Shown here in pieces: positions 17,299-25,864 of a stretch of DNA of 64,000 nt; positions within the stretch are counted from its first letter, which is position 1; every line of letters begins with the position of its first letter. The translations under genes were made by a program, and so were the position numbers. The notes beneath the pieces were generated by a model, which worked only from the letters and a program-made list of their open reading frames with translations, ran no database searches and was not told the origin of the DNA. This DNA is from Candidatus Caldarchaeum sp. GTDB taxonomy: Archaea; Thermoproteota; Nitrososphaeria_A; Caldarchaeales; Caldarchaeaceae. The stretch spans positions 4,249 to 68,248 of the forward strand of contig JAWACZ010000003.1 in the NCBI GenBank assembly GCA_038896555.1, written 5' to 3'.

Positions 17299-20156
17299 AA
17301 TGGATGTTTTCAGAAGAAACGCTTTCCGTCCTAAACCTGCTGGTAAAGCCTTTAAAAGACGCAGTAATGGAGAAGTTTGGAGAGCTGACTCAGCCGCAGC
17401 TGAAGAGCATACCTAGGATACTGGTGGGAGAAAACCTTCTGCTGATGGCTCCCACCGGCACGGGGAAGACGGAAGCGGCTTTGATACCTTTGCTGAACAA
17501 AATTATTTTACAGCCTAGCTTTGAAGGGGTTAAGATTCTTTACATCACCCCGTTGAGGGCGTTAAACCGCGACCTGCTCGACAGGATAGAATGGTGGGCT
17601 GGAAGGCTTGACATGACCGTAGCTGTTAGACACGGTGATACTGCTCAGAGGGAGCGTAGAACGCAGTCACTTATCCCGCCAACAATCTTGATAACCACGC
17701 CTGAGACGCTTCAGATACTTTTGACTGCCAGATTGTTCCGCCAGCATCTTCGCAGGGTTGAGGCTGTTGTGGTGGACGAGGTTCATGAGCTTGCTGGAGA
17801 TAAGCGCGGCAGCCAGCTATCCGTGGCTTTGGAGAGGCTGACAGAGATTACAGGAAGGGATTTCCAGAGGATTGGCTTGTCGGCTACGGTTGGAAGCCCT
17901 GAGAAAGTGGCCGCTTTTCTCGCAGGTGTTGGAAGAAGCTGTAGCGTGGTAAGAGTTCCCGTGGTAAGAAACCTGCATCTCTCCGTCAAATATCCGGAGC
18001 CAGGCCCGGAAGATTTCGACCTCGCCGAAAAACTGTCAATATACCCAGACGTGGCGGCGAGGATGAACTTGATAAGGTCTCTTGTAGAATCCCATGAATC
18101 AACGCTTGTCTTCACGAACACAAGGCCTCTTGCCGAGATCCTCACCAACAGGTTTAGGGCTTGGGATGAAGCGGCTCCGATAGGGATTCATCACGGAAGC
18201 CTTTCGAAAGCAACGCGCGTTGGAGCTGAGCAGGCGCTGAAGACAGGAGGGCTGGCGGGAGTTGTATGCACTTCGTCACTCGAAATGGGCATAGACGTGG
18301 GGCGGATAGAGCTTTGCATACAGTACAACTCTCCAAGAGAGGTAACCCGGCTCGTGCAGAGAGTGGGCCGCAGCGGCCACTCAATCCACGGCACGGCAAA
18401 GGGTGTCATAATCGTCACCGATTCCGACGATGCTTTGGAAAGCGTCGTCATAGCCAGACGTGCTTTGAAAGACCTCATAGAAGACGTCGAAATCTTCGAA
18501 AACAGTTATGACGTTCTCGCACACCAGCTGGCTGGGCTTGTAATCGAGAAGAAGGAGATAGAGTTGGATAAGGCGTTAAACATCTTTAGACGGTCTTATT
18601 GTTTTAGAAAGCTCACCATGAAGGAACTGATGAAGGCCGCACAGCATCTGGAGAAGCTTGGAGCCGTGATGATAACCAGCGACAACATTCTGGCACAGGG
18701 GCCTAAAACATCCATGCTGTACGACTATTACTTCAACAACCTCTCAATGATACCTGAGGAGAGACAGTACCTAGTGGTTCTTGAATCGACGGGCGAGCCC
18801 ATAGGCATACTCGACGAAGAGTTTGTGGCTGAGCATGGAGAGCCGGGGACTCGGTTTATCTTGATGGGAAAGGCTTGGGAGATAATTCAAACAGCCGGCG
18901 AAAGAATTTACGTTTCCGCCTTGGACAGTCTCGAAGGAGCTGTCCCCTCATGGGTAGGCGACGAGATACCAGTCCCCTTCGAAATAGCTGAGGAAGTGGG
19001 AAAGATACGTAGGCTGTATGCCGAAGCCGTTGCCAGAGGATGTTCAGACGATGTTTTACAGTCCTTGGCGGAACAATACATGACAGACAGGTCTTTGCTG
19101 GAGAAATCTCTACGGGAGGTCAAGATGCATCTCGATAAAGGTCTTCCAGCGCCGTCGGATAAGACGGTCGTTTTAGAGGAGACGCCTGAGTACATTGTTT
19201 TACACGTATGCGGCGGGCTTAAGCCGAACAGGACCATAGCCCGTGTGCTGGCTTACGTTCTCTCGTCAAGGATAAGTGCTGTAGTGACTGTGCAGCAAGA
19301 CCCTTATCGGATAGTTTTCAAAGGTCGTGAGCTCAGCCTCGAGCTTGTGGCAGAAGAGGTCAAGAACCTAGCTCGGGAAAATCAGTGGCTGAAGCTTGTG
19401 GAGAAGGCTGTCGAGTCGTCGAGTTTGTTTAGGAGAAGGCTTGTCCACGTGGCCCGTAAGATGGGGGTTTTGAGCAAGGAGGCTAGCATACTGGACGTAA
19501 ACGCCACAAAACTAGCTGAAATGCTGCGTGACACCGTTGTCTACGAAGAGGCTTTAAAACACTGTCTAGCCGCTGATTTCGACCATGAAACATCTTTCAA
19601 CCTGATTAGCAAGGTCTCAACGGGCGAGGTCTCTCTTATTCCGGTAAGGGTTGAGGATCTTTCTCCACTGGCAAGGTTGACGGTCAGCAGGTACGCCAGC
19701 GACATAGACGTGATTGTTTCCGACCGGCTGCAGAGGCTTGTGGTCAACGCTGTAAGGGGAAGGCTTAACAACGAGCCTGTAACCCTAGTATGCATATCAT
19801 GCTGGCAGTGGTACGCAAGGGCTGCTGTGAAAGAGCTGGATACAAAGCCTGTCTGCGGTGCTTGCGGCTCGTCTTCGCTCGGGGTTTTGAAGTCCGAGCC
19901 TGAGGAGGTCCTGAACCTGCTCGCCCACCGTGGGAAACCGTCGAACAATAAAGAGCGGCAGCTTAGAAAACAGGCTCTTAAAACCGCTCTCCTAGTCGCG
20001 AAGTATGGGAAGACGGCTGTATTCACTTTAGCGAGCCATTATCTCAACGTGGAGGACGCGGCCAAAATTCTTGAGAATGAGTCAAGCTTGGGCGTGAGGC
20101 TTGTGGAGCTTATCGTGGAGGCTGAGAAAAAGAAGCTCCAACAGCTGTTTAAGTAG
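17295..20156 (+). CDS. lhr: Lhr-type DEAD/DEAH-box (SF2) helicase with DEAD-associated C-terminal domain
   Basis: Motif I MAPTGTGKTEAA, motif II VVDEVHEL, GLSATVG, motif VI VQRVGRSGH. Long C-terminal extension with a CISC...CGAC ribbon. Alternative start at ATG 17304. Confidence 0.9.
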   Translation: MKWMFSEETLSVLNLLVKPLKDAVMEKFGELTQPQLKSIPRILVGENLLLMAPTGTGKTEAALIPLLNKIILQPSFEGVKILYITPLRALNRDLLDRIEWWAGRLDMTVAVRHGDTAQRERRTQSLIPPTILITTPETLQILLTARLFRQHLRRVEAVVVDEVHELAGDKRGSQLSVALERLTEITGRDFQRIGLSATVGSPEKVAAFLAGVGRSCSVVRVPVVRNLHLSVKYPEPGPEDFDLAEKLSIYPDVAARMNLIRSLVESHESTLVFTNTRPLAEILTNRFRAWDEAAPIGIHHGSLSKATRVGAEQALKTGGLAGVVCTSSLEMGIDVGRIELCIQYNSPREVTRLVQRVGRSGHSIHGTAKGVIIVTDSDDALESVVIARRALKDLIEDVEIFENSYDVLAHQLAGLVIEKKEIELDKALNIFRRSYCFRKLTMKELMKAAQHLEKLGAVMITSDNILAQGPKTSMLYDYYFNNLSMIPEERQYLVVLESTGEPIGILDEEFVAEHGEPGTRFILMGKAWEIIQTAGERIYVSALDSLEGAVPSWVGDEIPVPFEIAEEVGKIRRLYAEAVARGCSDDVLQSLAEQYMTDRSLLEKSLREVKMHLDKGLPAPSDKTVVLEETPEYIVLHVCGGLKPNRTIARVLAYVLSSRISAVVTVQQDPYRIVFKGRELSLELVAEEVKNLARENQWLKLVEKAVESSSLFRRRLVHVARKMGVLSKEASILDVNATKLAEMLRDTVVYEEALKHCLAADFDHETSFNLISKVSTGEVSLIPVRVEDLSPLARLTVSRYASDIDVIVSDRLQRLVVNAVRGRLNNEPVTLVCISCWQWYARAAVKELDTKPVCGACGSSSLGVLKSEPEEVLNLLAHRGKPSNNKERQLRKQALKTALLVAKYGKTAVFTLASHYLNVEDAAKILENESSLGVRLVELIVEAEKKKLQQLFK

Positions 20157-20745
20157 TCTGCTCCTGCCTGCCGTCAGCAACGCTGGAAAGGTTTGCCACA
20201 GCCTTTATCAACTCTTTTTGGTCAACTTCTGCAACAGCCCTCCATCCAACGGAGAGAACTCCGTCGCCCGCGTCGACCAAGTATCCTCTTCGGCTAAACC
20301 TTTCCAAAGCCGCTTCAACACGCCATTTAGGCAGCTTAGACTCAAGCATTTCAAGCAACTCTTGCCTGGGTGCTTTCCCTCCTCTTGAGTAGAGCAAAGC
20401 CAGCGCCGCAGAAAGAACGGCCAGGTCATCTATCCTCCAGCCGGCAGCCACAATGTCGGAGAGGCTCAAAGGATCTGTCAACGTTATGAAATACCTGGCT
20501 CTGTCGTAGTCTTCTTCGCCGGGTTGTCTGTCCCCCGGTGTTTCAAAAAGGATTTTCACACACAGGCCCAGGGGTTCAAGCCTGTGGTTCAGGCTCTCTA
20601 TAACTTTGAGATAATTTTTCCCCAGCCTTCTTCTAAGCTCGTAGCCCCTCACGCCGGGGAGCCTGTGGCTGGTGAAAAGCAGCATAGCCATGGCCGTTGA
20701 GAGCTTTTTTCTCGCTGCAGACTGTTCAGGAGTTGGTTCAGACAA
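20149..20745 (-). CDS. Tandem winged-helix protein, ScpB/kite-like
   Basis: Two wH-like halves (AMAMLLFTSHRLPGVRGYELRRRLG...LGLCVKIL and LSAALALLYSRGGKAPRQELLEML...RRGYLVDAGDGVLSV). TTG start overlaps the upstream gene by 8 nt. Family assignment is by pattern only. Confidence 0.55.
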   Translation of the reverse strand: MSEPTPEQSAARKKLSTAMAMLLFTSHRLPGVRGYELRRRLGKNYLKVIESLNHRLEPLGLCVKILFETPGDRQPGEEDYDRARYFITLTDPLSLSDIVAAGWRIDDLAVLSAALALLYSRGGKAPRQELLEMLESKLPKWRVEAALERFSRRGYLVDAGDGVLSVGWRAVAEVDQKELIKAVANLSSVADGRQEQTT

Positions 20746-21502
20746 GCACAGTACCTTCCTTCAAAACAACAACCATGGAGGCGACGTTCCTCCTCTCCGC
20801 CTTAGACTCATAGGGTTTGAGCGTCACCTTTCCGGTGATAGGGTTTTTGACAACTTCAGCCAAGCCTTCGCTGACTATGAAAGCTGTCAGATAAGCCCTT
20901 TCAACGGTCTTTTCCACACCTTCCCTGGATATGAAGGAAGCATAGCCGACTTCGCCGTTCTCGTCTCTTGAAGCAAGCATTTCACTATGCAGCTTCTTCA
21001 GCTCAAGCTCTATCTCCTCTCTCTGGCTGAATGTGTTCAAAGCCTGGCGGAAATCAACTTCAGAGCCTATCTCGCTGGTTGCGGGAGACTTTAGATTGCG
21101 GGTCGGCAGGCTTAGAAAATATTCCAACCCCATCGCCACCATGCCTCGAGTAAGCTGCTCGGCCGACACGATGGGTCTCCAGCTTGATGCAAGCGCCTGG
21201 GCCAGCGATTTTTTATCAGCCGACAAAATCTTCAACGTTATCAGCTGCGTGTCAACAAGCAGGGAAGAAGCTCTGTCTTTAAGCCATTTATGTTGCAGGG
21301 CTATGACCAAGGCAACTCTGTAGAGCGTTTCCGCGTCCAACGTCAAAATCTCTGTATCGCCGGCCCTCTCCACGATCGACCTCAGCTTGGCCAAAATAGC
21401 CTTCACATCAACGCTGTAGGGGTCGGCTCCGGTCTTTGCTATCGTCTCGCAGAGTGAAATAAGCCTTTCCAGCTCTTCCTTAGCCAGCTTGACGCTCGTC
21501 AC
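20738..21502 (-). CDS. Kleisin-like protein (ScpA-like layout)
   Basis: 254 aa with a helical N-terminal region and a C-terminal wH-like segment (VERAYLTAFIVSEGLAEVVKNPITGKVTLKP) resembling the kleisin cap-binding WHD. GTG start overlaps the SMC-like gene by 23 nt. Confidence 0.5.
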   Translation of the reverse strand: MTSVKLAKEELERLISLCETIAKTGADPYSVDVKAILAKLRSIVERAGDTEILTLDAETLYRVALVIALQHKWLKDRASSLLVDTQLITLKILSADKKSLAQALASSWRPIVSAEQLTRGMVAMGLEYFLSLPTRNLKSPATSEIGSEVDFRQALNTFSQREEIELELKKLHSEMLASRDENGEVGYASFISREGVEKTVERAYLTAFIVSEGLAEVVKNPITGKVTLKPYESKAERRNVASMVVVLKEGTVLV

Positions 21503-23234
21503 TCGAAAACACCTCCGCCGCAGCCGGTATCGAGACGACGGACCTTCCCTTCACGTTCTGTACTACGATGGTATTTACGTCCTCTTTGTACGGAACTCTG
21601 CCTGGTGTGATGATGATGTATTGTGTGTCACCGTCCTGTTTGGCTGTTGACGTAAGTATGTTGATTATCCTCTCGCGGTTGAGCGGGTCGAGGTGAACGT
21701 CGAATTCGTCAACTGCCCTGAAGGGTGATTTTATGTATTTTTGAAGTGCTAGGAGAAAAGCCATCGTCGCAACTATCCTCTCACCGCCGCTCTGTGTGTG
21801 AGCGTTCAGCAAAGTTGGCTCAACCCCTCTGAACCCCACGTAGACCTCCACCGATGCTTTGTCTACGTCGTTCAAGTTCCTCAGCTCTATTTTCCCCGAA
21901 CCCCCTACAACGGACAGAATTCTTTGATACTCTGGTTCGACGGCCGCTGTGAGGCTGCGTAGGAACTCACGCCACTTCTGCTTCCTGTACTCGGCTTCTT
22001 CGAGGGCTTTACGTGCGTTTTCACTCAGCTGGGAAGCTTTAAGCTCCGCCTCCCTGTACTTGGCTTCAGCCAGCATGAACATCTCCTCCGCCTGAGGGGT
22101 TGGATTGCCCATGGATGCAAGCTGCAGCCCAACAGCCTTCAGTTCTTCAGAGACTTCCAACGGCTTTCTTCCAGCATCTACTCGCGGCCCCTTCTCGGAA
22201 GCTTCGGAAACTCTTCTGGCCAGCTCTTTCTCAGCCGCAGTCAGCTCATATCTTAGATCTTTCAACTCGGATTCTCTGATCTCTTTTCTCTCGAGACTTC
22301 TGCCGAGCCCTTCAGCAGTTTTTACCAAATCGTTCAATTTTTCCGCCAGTTCTTCCTTGGAGGCTGTTTCGCTAAATTGCCGCAGCAGCCTTTGGGATAG
22401 AATGTTAACCTCATCTGAAAGCCTTCGAGTCTCCTTCTCAAGCTTTTCAACCTCTTCGTTCAGCATGTTTATCTTATCTTGGATTCTGTCCCTAGATTTC
22501 TCAGCCTCTCTGACCAAAGACCAGAGATACTCTGTCTCGAGCTGTTTTTTACGTTCCTCAAGCTGTTTAATGACGTTAAGCTTCTGGTATTCCTCCCGCC
22601 AGTAATCTACTGCTGCACGTGCGTCTTCCAAAGTCTTCCTTATCACAGCTTCTTCGGCCAATAGAGCCGACAGCTTGGTCTCTGCCTGCTTTATCTTCTC
22701 CCTCAGACCGGCAGCGCCGACGGCCTCCTCGATCATAACAAGCTTCTCCCTACTGTCTCTGCTGACAAACTGTTCAATCATGTTTTGATGCATTATTATA
22801 AGCATGTTGTCTGGGTTTATCCCAATCTTTGAGAGAAGGTTCTCAACCTCGGCTTTGGTTTTAAACTTGTTGTTTACATAGTGCCAGTATTCGCCGTTCT
22901 TTTTCAGAAACCTAGCGATTGTGACGGAGTCGGAGGAGATTGTGGGTATTGGGCGTTTTCCGTCAACAGGTCTGTTGTCGAAGACCACTGCAACTCTGGC
23001 TGCGTCCATGCCTCGGCGTATTAGGTCGCTCAACCTCTGACCCCTTTCCGTGTAAGTCTGCCCCAAAGCCACCGAAATCGCCAGCAGAATCGATGACTTA
23101 CCTGCTCCGTTTGGGCCAACTATCACGTTCAACCCAGCTTGAAGAGGGATTCGACTGTATTCATGGGACATAAAGTTCTCTAAGATGACCTCTCCGATGT
23201 AAGGCCTTGCCCTGCCTTCTTCACCCGCTGACAA
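21480..23234 (-). CDS. SMC-like ABC ATPase with short coiled-coil arm (584 aa)
   Basis: N-terminal head IGEVILENFMSHE...VIVGPNGAGKSS (Walker A), Q-loop IIMHQNMIEQF, about 270 aa of E/K/L/R-rich helix without a globular hinge or CxxC hook, then signature QSGGER and Walker B/D-loop FRAVDEFDVHLD. TTG start. Confidence 0.8.
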   Translation of the reverse strand: MSAGEEGRARPYIGEVILENFMSHEYSRIPLQAGLNVIVGPNGAGKSSILLAISVALGQTYTERGQRLSDLIRRGMDAARVAVVFDNRPVDGKRPIPTISSDSVTIARFLKKNGEYWHYVNNKFKTKAEVENLLSKIGINPDNMLIIMHQNMIEQFVSRDSREKLVMIEEAVGAAGLREKIKQAETKLSALLAEEAVIRKTLEDARAAVDYWREEYQKLNVIKQLEERKKQLETEYLWSLVREAEKSRDRIQDKINMLNEEVEKLEKETRRLSDEVNILSQRLLRQFSETASKEELAEKLNDLVKTAEGLGRSLERKEIRESELKDLRYELTAAEKELARRVSEASEKGPRVDAGRKPLEVSEELKAVGLQLASMGNPTPQAEEMFMLAEAKYREAELKASQLSENARKALEEAEYRKQKWREFLRSLTAAVEPEYQRILSVVGGSGKIELRNLNDVDKASVEVYVGFRGVEPTLLNAHTQSGGERIVATMAFLLALQKYIKSPFRAVDEFDVHLDPLNRERIINILTSTAKQDGDTQYIIITPGRVPYKEDVNTIVVQNVKGRSVVSIPAAAEVFSSDERQAG

Positions 23235-23371
23235 CCTTGCCCTGCAGGCCTCTATTGTCCGATTATATAAATTCCCACGCTTGAAAAGAGAAATTTGGGC
23301 TTACATCACACATACGTGAGGATATTCGATGGTATGTTGTTAATAAATATGCGGAGGCCGTTTTCCGCTAA

Positions 23372-23380
23372 GATATATAG
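23372..23380 (+). promoter_or_regulatory. TATA box candidate for cdvC
   Basis: GATATATAG is centred about 30 nt upstream of the ATG at 23406, a leaderless-type spacing. This argues against the longer ORF start at 23295. Confidence 0.45.
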
Positions 23381-23405
23381 ACTCGCTGGGACTCCACGCA
23401 CAGGC

Positions 23406-24524
23406 ATGTCGCAGGAGCTGGAAAGAATAGCTGCAATAAGGGCAAAAGAAGCCGTCAACTTTGATAGGATGGGACAGAAACACAAGGCGATTAAATCTTA
23501 CCGGGATGCAATAGACATTTTATGGAAGCTTTACCATCTAGCCCCCGACACATCAATAAGGAGGATTTACGCTGACAAGATCAAAGAGTATCAGACTAGG
23601 ATTGAAGAGTTGACGAACGAGACTTCGCCAGCCGAGCCTGTGCAGCTGGATGCAAAGCCTGTTCGGACAAACCTTATCACGATGGAGAAACCTAAAGTAA
23701 GCTGGGAAGACATCGTAAACATAGAGGAGGCGAAGAAAGCCATCAGAGAAAGCATAATCTTTCCCACAAAAAGGCCGGACCTTTTTCCTCTCGGGTGGCC
23801 GAGAGGGATTCTTCTCTTCGGCCCACCTGGATGCGGCAAAACTCTGCTAGCAGCAGCTGTGGCCTCCGAGCTTGAAGCCGGCTTTTACACAGTCGATGCG
23901 GCGAGCATAATGTCCAAATGGTTGGGCGAGTCGGAGAGGAATGTCTCAAAAATATTTAACCAATGCAGGCAGGAGGCAAGGTCGGGGAGACCTGTTATAA
24001 TTTTCATCGATGAAGTGGACTCGCTGACAACAGAAAGATTTATGGAGGTCGGTGGTGAGGCGAGGGTGAGAAACCAGCTAATAAAGGAGATGGACAGCAT
24101 AATTGACAAGGGCCGTAGAGATTTTCTCTACGTGATAGCGGCTACAAACAAGCCGTGGCATCTCGACGAACCCTTCATAAGAAGGTTTCAAAAAAGAATC
24201 TATGTTTCTCTTCCAGACCTCAACGCGCGGGTGAAGCTGTTTGAAATGTATACGAAGGGGTTGAAGCTCGACGCTGGGGTGGAGCTAACACAGCTGGCGA
24301 AGATAACTGACGGATACTCGGCTGCAGACATCCACGACATATGTGTTGAAGCCCAGCTAAAGGTTGTGAGCGAGTTTTTCTCAACCACTGAGGGAGAAAA
24401 GGGTGAGCCGAGACCCGTAACCATGGACGACTTTATGGACATCATCAAAAAACGAAAACACTCTATAATGCTGGAAAACCTGAAAAAACTTCTCGACTGG
24501 AACTCAAAATACGGAACTAGCTAG
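23406..24524 (+). CDS. cdvC: Vps4-like AAA ATPase CdvC (MIT domain + AAA)
   Basis: N-terminal MIT-like three-helix region (AIRAKEAVNFDRMGQKHKAIKSYRDAIDIL...YADKIKEYQTRIEEL). Walker A LLFGPPGCGKTLLA, Walker B IIFIDEVDS, SRH ATNKPWHLDEPFIRRF. Confidence 0.9.
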   Translation: MSQELERIAAIRAKEAVNFDRMGQKHKAIKSYRDAIDILWKLYHLAPDTSIRRIYADKIKEYQTRIEELTNETSPAEPVQLDAKPVRTNLITMEKPKVSWEDIVNIEEAKKAIRESIIFPTKRPDLFPLGWPRGILLFGPPGCGKTLLAAAVASELEAGFYTVDAASIMSKWLGESERNVSKIFNQCRQEARSGRPVIIFIDEVDSLTTERFMEVGGEARVRNQLIKEMDSIIDKGRRDFLYVIAATNKPWHLDEPFIRRFQKRIYVSLPDLNARVKLFEMYTKGLKLDAGVELTQLAKITDGYSAADIHDICVEAQLKVVSEFFSTTEGEKGEPRPVTMDDFMDIIKKRKHSIMLENLKKLLDWNSKYGTS

Positions 24525-25311
24525 CCTCTGCAACCTCCAGCTGTATTAACCCTTTTTGATGCAGGTTTCTCAACACATCAGACACGGTTTGAGAGTCGAG
24601 GCCGAGCTCGGAGGCGCATCGGTCAAGGTCAAGCTCTTCTACATTATGTTCTACCACATAGCTGTAGACTGTTTTCTCTATGTCGGTTAGCTTAGGCACC
24701 TCCGGGAAAGCTTGGCGAACCTTTTCCGCTGCAATCTTCCTCGCGTGCTCGAGTATGAACGAAGCCTCTTCTGTGACAGCGTCATGCTTCTCTAAGCTGG
24801 GTTCGGCGTAAACGCCTGCACTTGACATAAAGTCGTCGATCATCGCCATCAGGTTTCTCAGGTTTTCTGAAGCCTCAGGCGCCACATCCGATATCTCGGT
24901 CACGATGTTCTGCAACATCACAGACAAGGGCCGTATCAAGGCTAGAGCCTCCCCAAGTTCGAGGATGCTTTCAAGCCTTATCTTGACTTGGAGAAGAACA
25001 AGCTGGCTGTGGAGTACTATTCCAGCCAGCTTCTTTATCTCAGCTATCTCCGATGCGTAGATTTTTGCTTTTTCATCATCCTTGACCTGAATGGCTTCCA
25101 CGCATCTTTCAAAATATTCCCTGCTCCTTGCCAGCATTTCCCTGTATTTGTTGTTTAGCCTCTCTATATGCCCGTTGAGTGAAGATATGGATTTCTCGAT
25201 TTTAGCGGTAAACTCTTCAGATACTTCAAAATGCGGTACATCCTCCTGCATGTATTCCCGCCAATCATTCTTGCGTCGCAAAAACCCTATCAAGCCAGTT
25301 CGCCGCTGCAC
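24517..25311 (-). CDS. cdvB: ESCRT-III (Snf7-like) protein CdvB with C-terminal winged helix
   Basis: Helical hairpin core (AKIYASEIAEIKKLAGIV...LESILELGEAL), a Pro-containing FPEVPKL segment, and a C-terminal wH (LDSQTVSDVLRNLHQKGLIQLE). Collinear with crenarchaeal CdvB as I recall it. Its 3' end overlaps the cdvC 3' end by 8 nt. Confidence 0.85.
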   Translation of the reverse strand: MQRRTGLIGFLRRKNDWREYMQEDVPHFEVSEEFTAKIEKSISSLNGHIERLNNKYREMLARSREYFERCVEAIQVKDDEKAKIYASEIAEIKKLAGIVLHSQLVLLQVKIRLESILELGEALALIRPLSVMLQNIVTEISDVAPEASENLRNLMAMIDDFMSSAGVYAEPSLEKHDAVTEEASFILEHARKIAAEKVRQAFPEVPKLTDIEKTVYSYVVEHNVEELDLDRCASELGLDSQTVSDVLRNLHQKGLIQLEVAEAS

Positions 25312-25388
25312 AGCGGCTTAATATGCTTCATCTGCAGAATGTTGATAGATATTCTCAATTTATTACAAGGGTTATACATGATTAATAG

Positions 25389-25802
25389 TCATGAACAGCG
25401 TGAGATGAAAACGTCTTCACGCTCATACTCGGCGACCCATGTCCTGGTCGAGCTTGGCTTAAGCCTTAAGCCTATAAGCCTAAAACCATCCGGAATGTCT
25501 TCAGCCGCCAGCCTCAAAGCCTCCTGTATAGAGTCGGCGTTTTTCTCCTTGAGAATTCTCTTCTCACCTTTTTCTCTTTCAACATGGTAGCAACTGAGGC
25601 AGAGGGTTCGGCCACGGAGGACGGTTACGGTCATTCTCTTAACAGCGGAGCCGCAGCTGTCGCAGGAGACCTGCTGTAGCCCGCAGGTTCTGCAGATGTT
25701 TCCAAACCCCGTTATGTAAAATGCTGTATCTTTACCAGCTATCTCGCGTCCGCAAACCTTGCAGACAACGTTGCCACCAGTCTTATGGAGGTGTCCCAGC
25801 AT
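25389..25802 (-). CDS. Cys-rich zinc-binding protein (4 x CxxC), unknown function
   Basis: CKVCG...CRTCG...CDSCG...CLSC in the first 75 aa, followed by a K/E-rich linker and a small C-terminal domain. Same strand as cdvB and directly upstream of it. Confidence 0.6.
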   Translation of the reverse strand: MLGHLHKTGGNVVCKVCGREIAGKDTAFYITGFGNICRTCGLQQVSCDSCGSAVKRMTVTVLRGRTLCLSCYHVEREKGEKRILKEKNADSIQEALRLAAEDIPDGFRLIGLRLKPSSTRTWVAEYEREDVFISRCS

Positions 25803-25864
25803 GCCATGCGATGGCCATCCTCTGAGGTTATAAGTTTAGCAGAGATACAGCTATTAACGGCCAG

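Noticed and set aside
22105-22605. 166-aa ORF antisense within the SMC-like gene
   Set aside because: Ser-rich mirror frame of an E/K/L coiled-coil region; no independent support.
20149-23234. Interpretation of the SMC-like operon as a Wadjet/Mks-type defence system
   Set aside because: There is no JetD/Toprim-type nuclease gene or other defence gene adjacent. The neighbours are housekeeping genes (lhr, cdvC), and the gene order is SMC-kleisin-kite. Not excluded, but a chromosome-organisation role fits the context better.
23295-23405. 37-codon N-terminal extension of cdvC from the listed TTG start
   Set aside because: The extension would include the TATA-like box at 23372-23380. The MIT domain begins right after the ATG at 23406, and the extension has no conserved-looking sequence.
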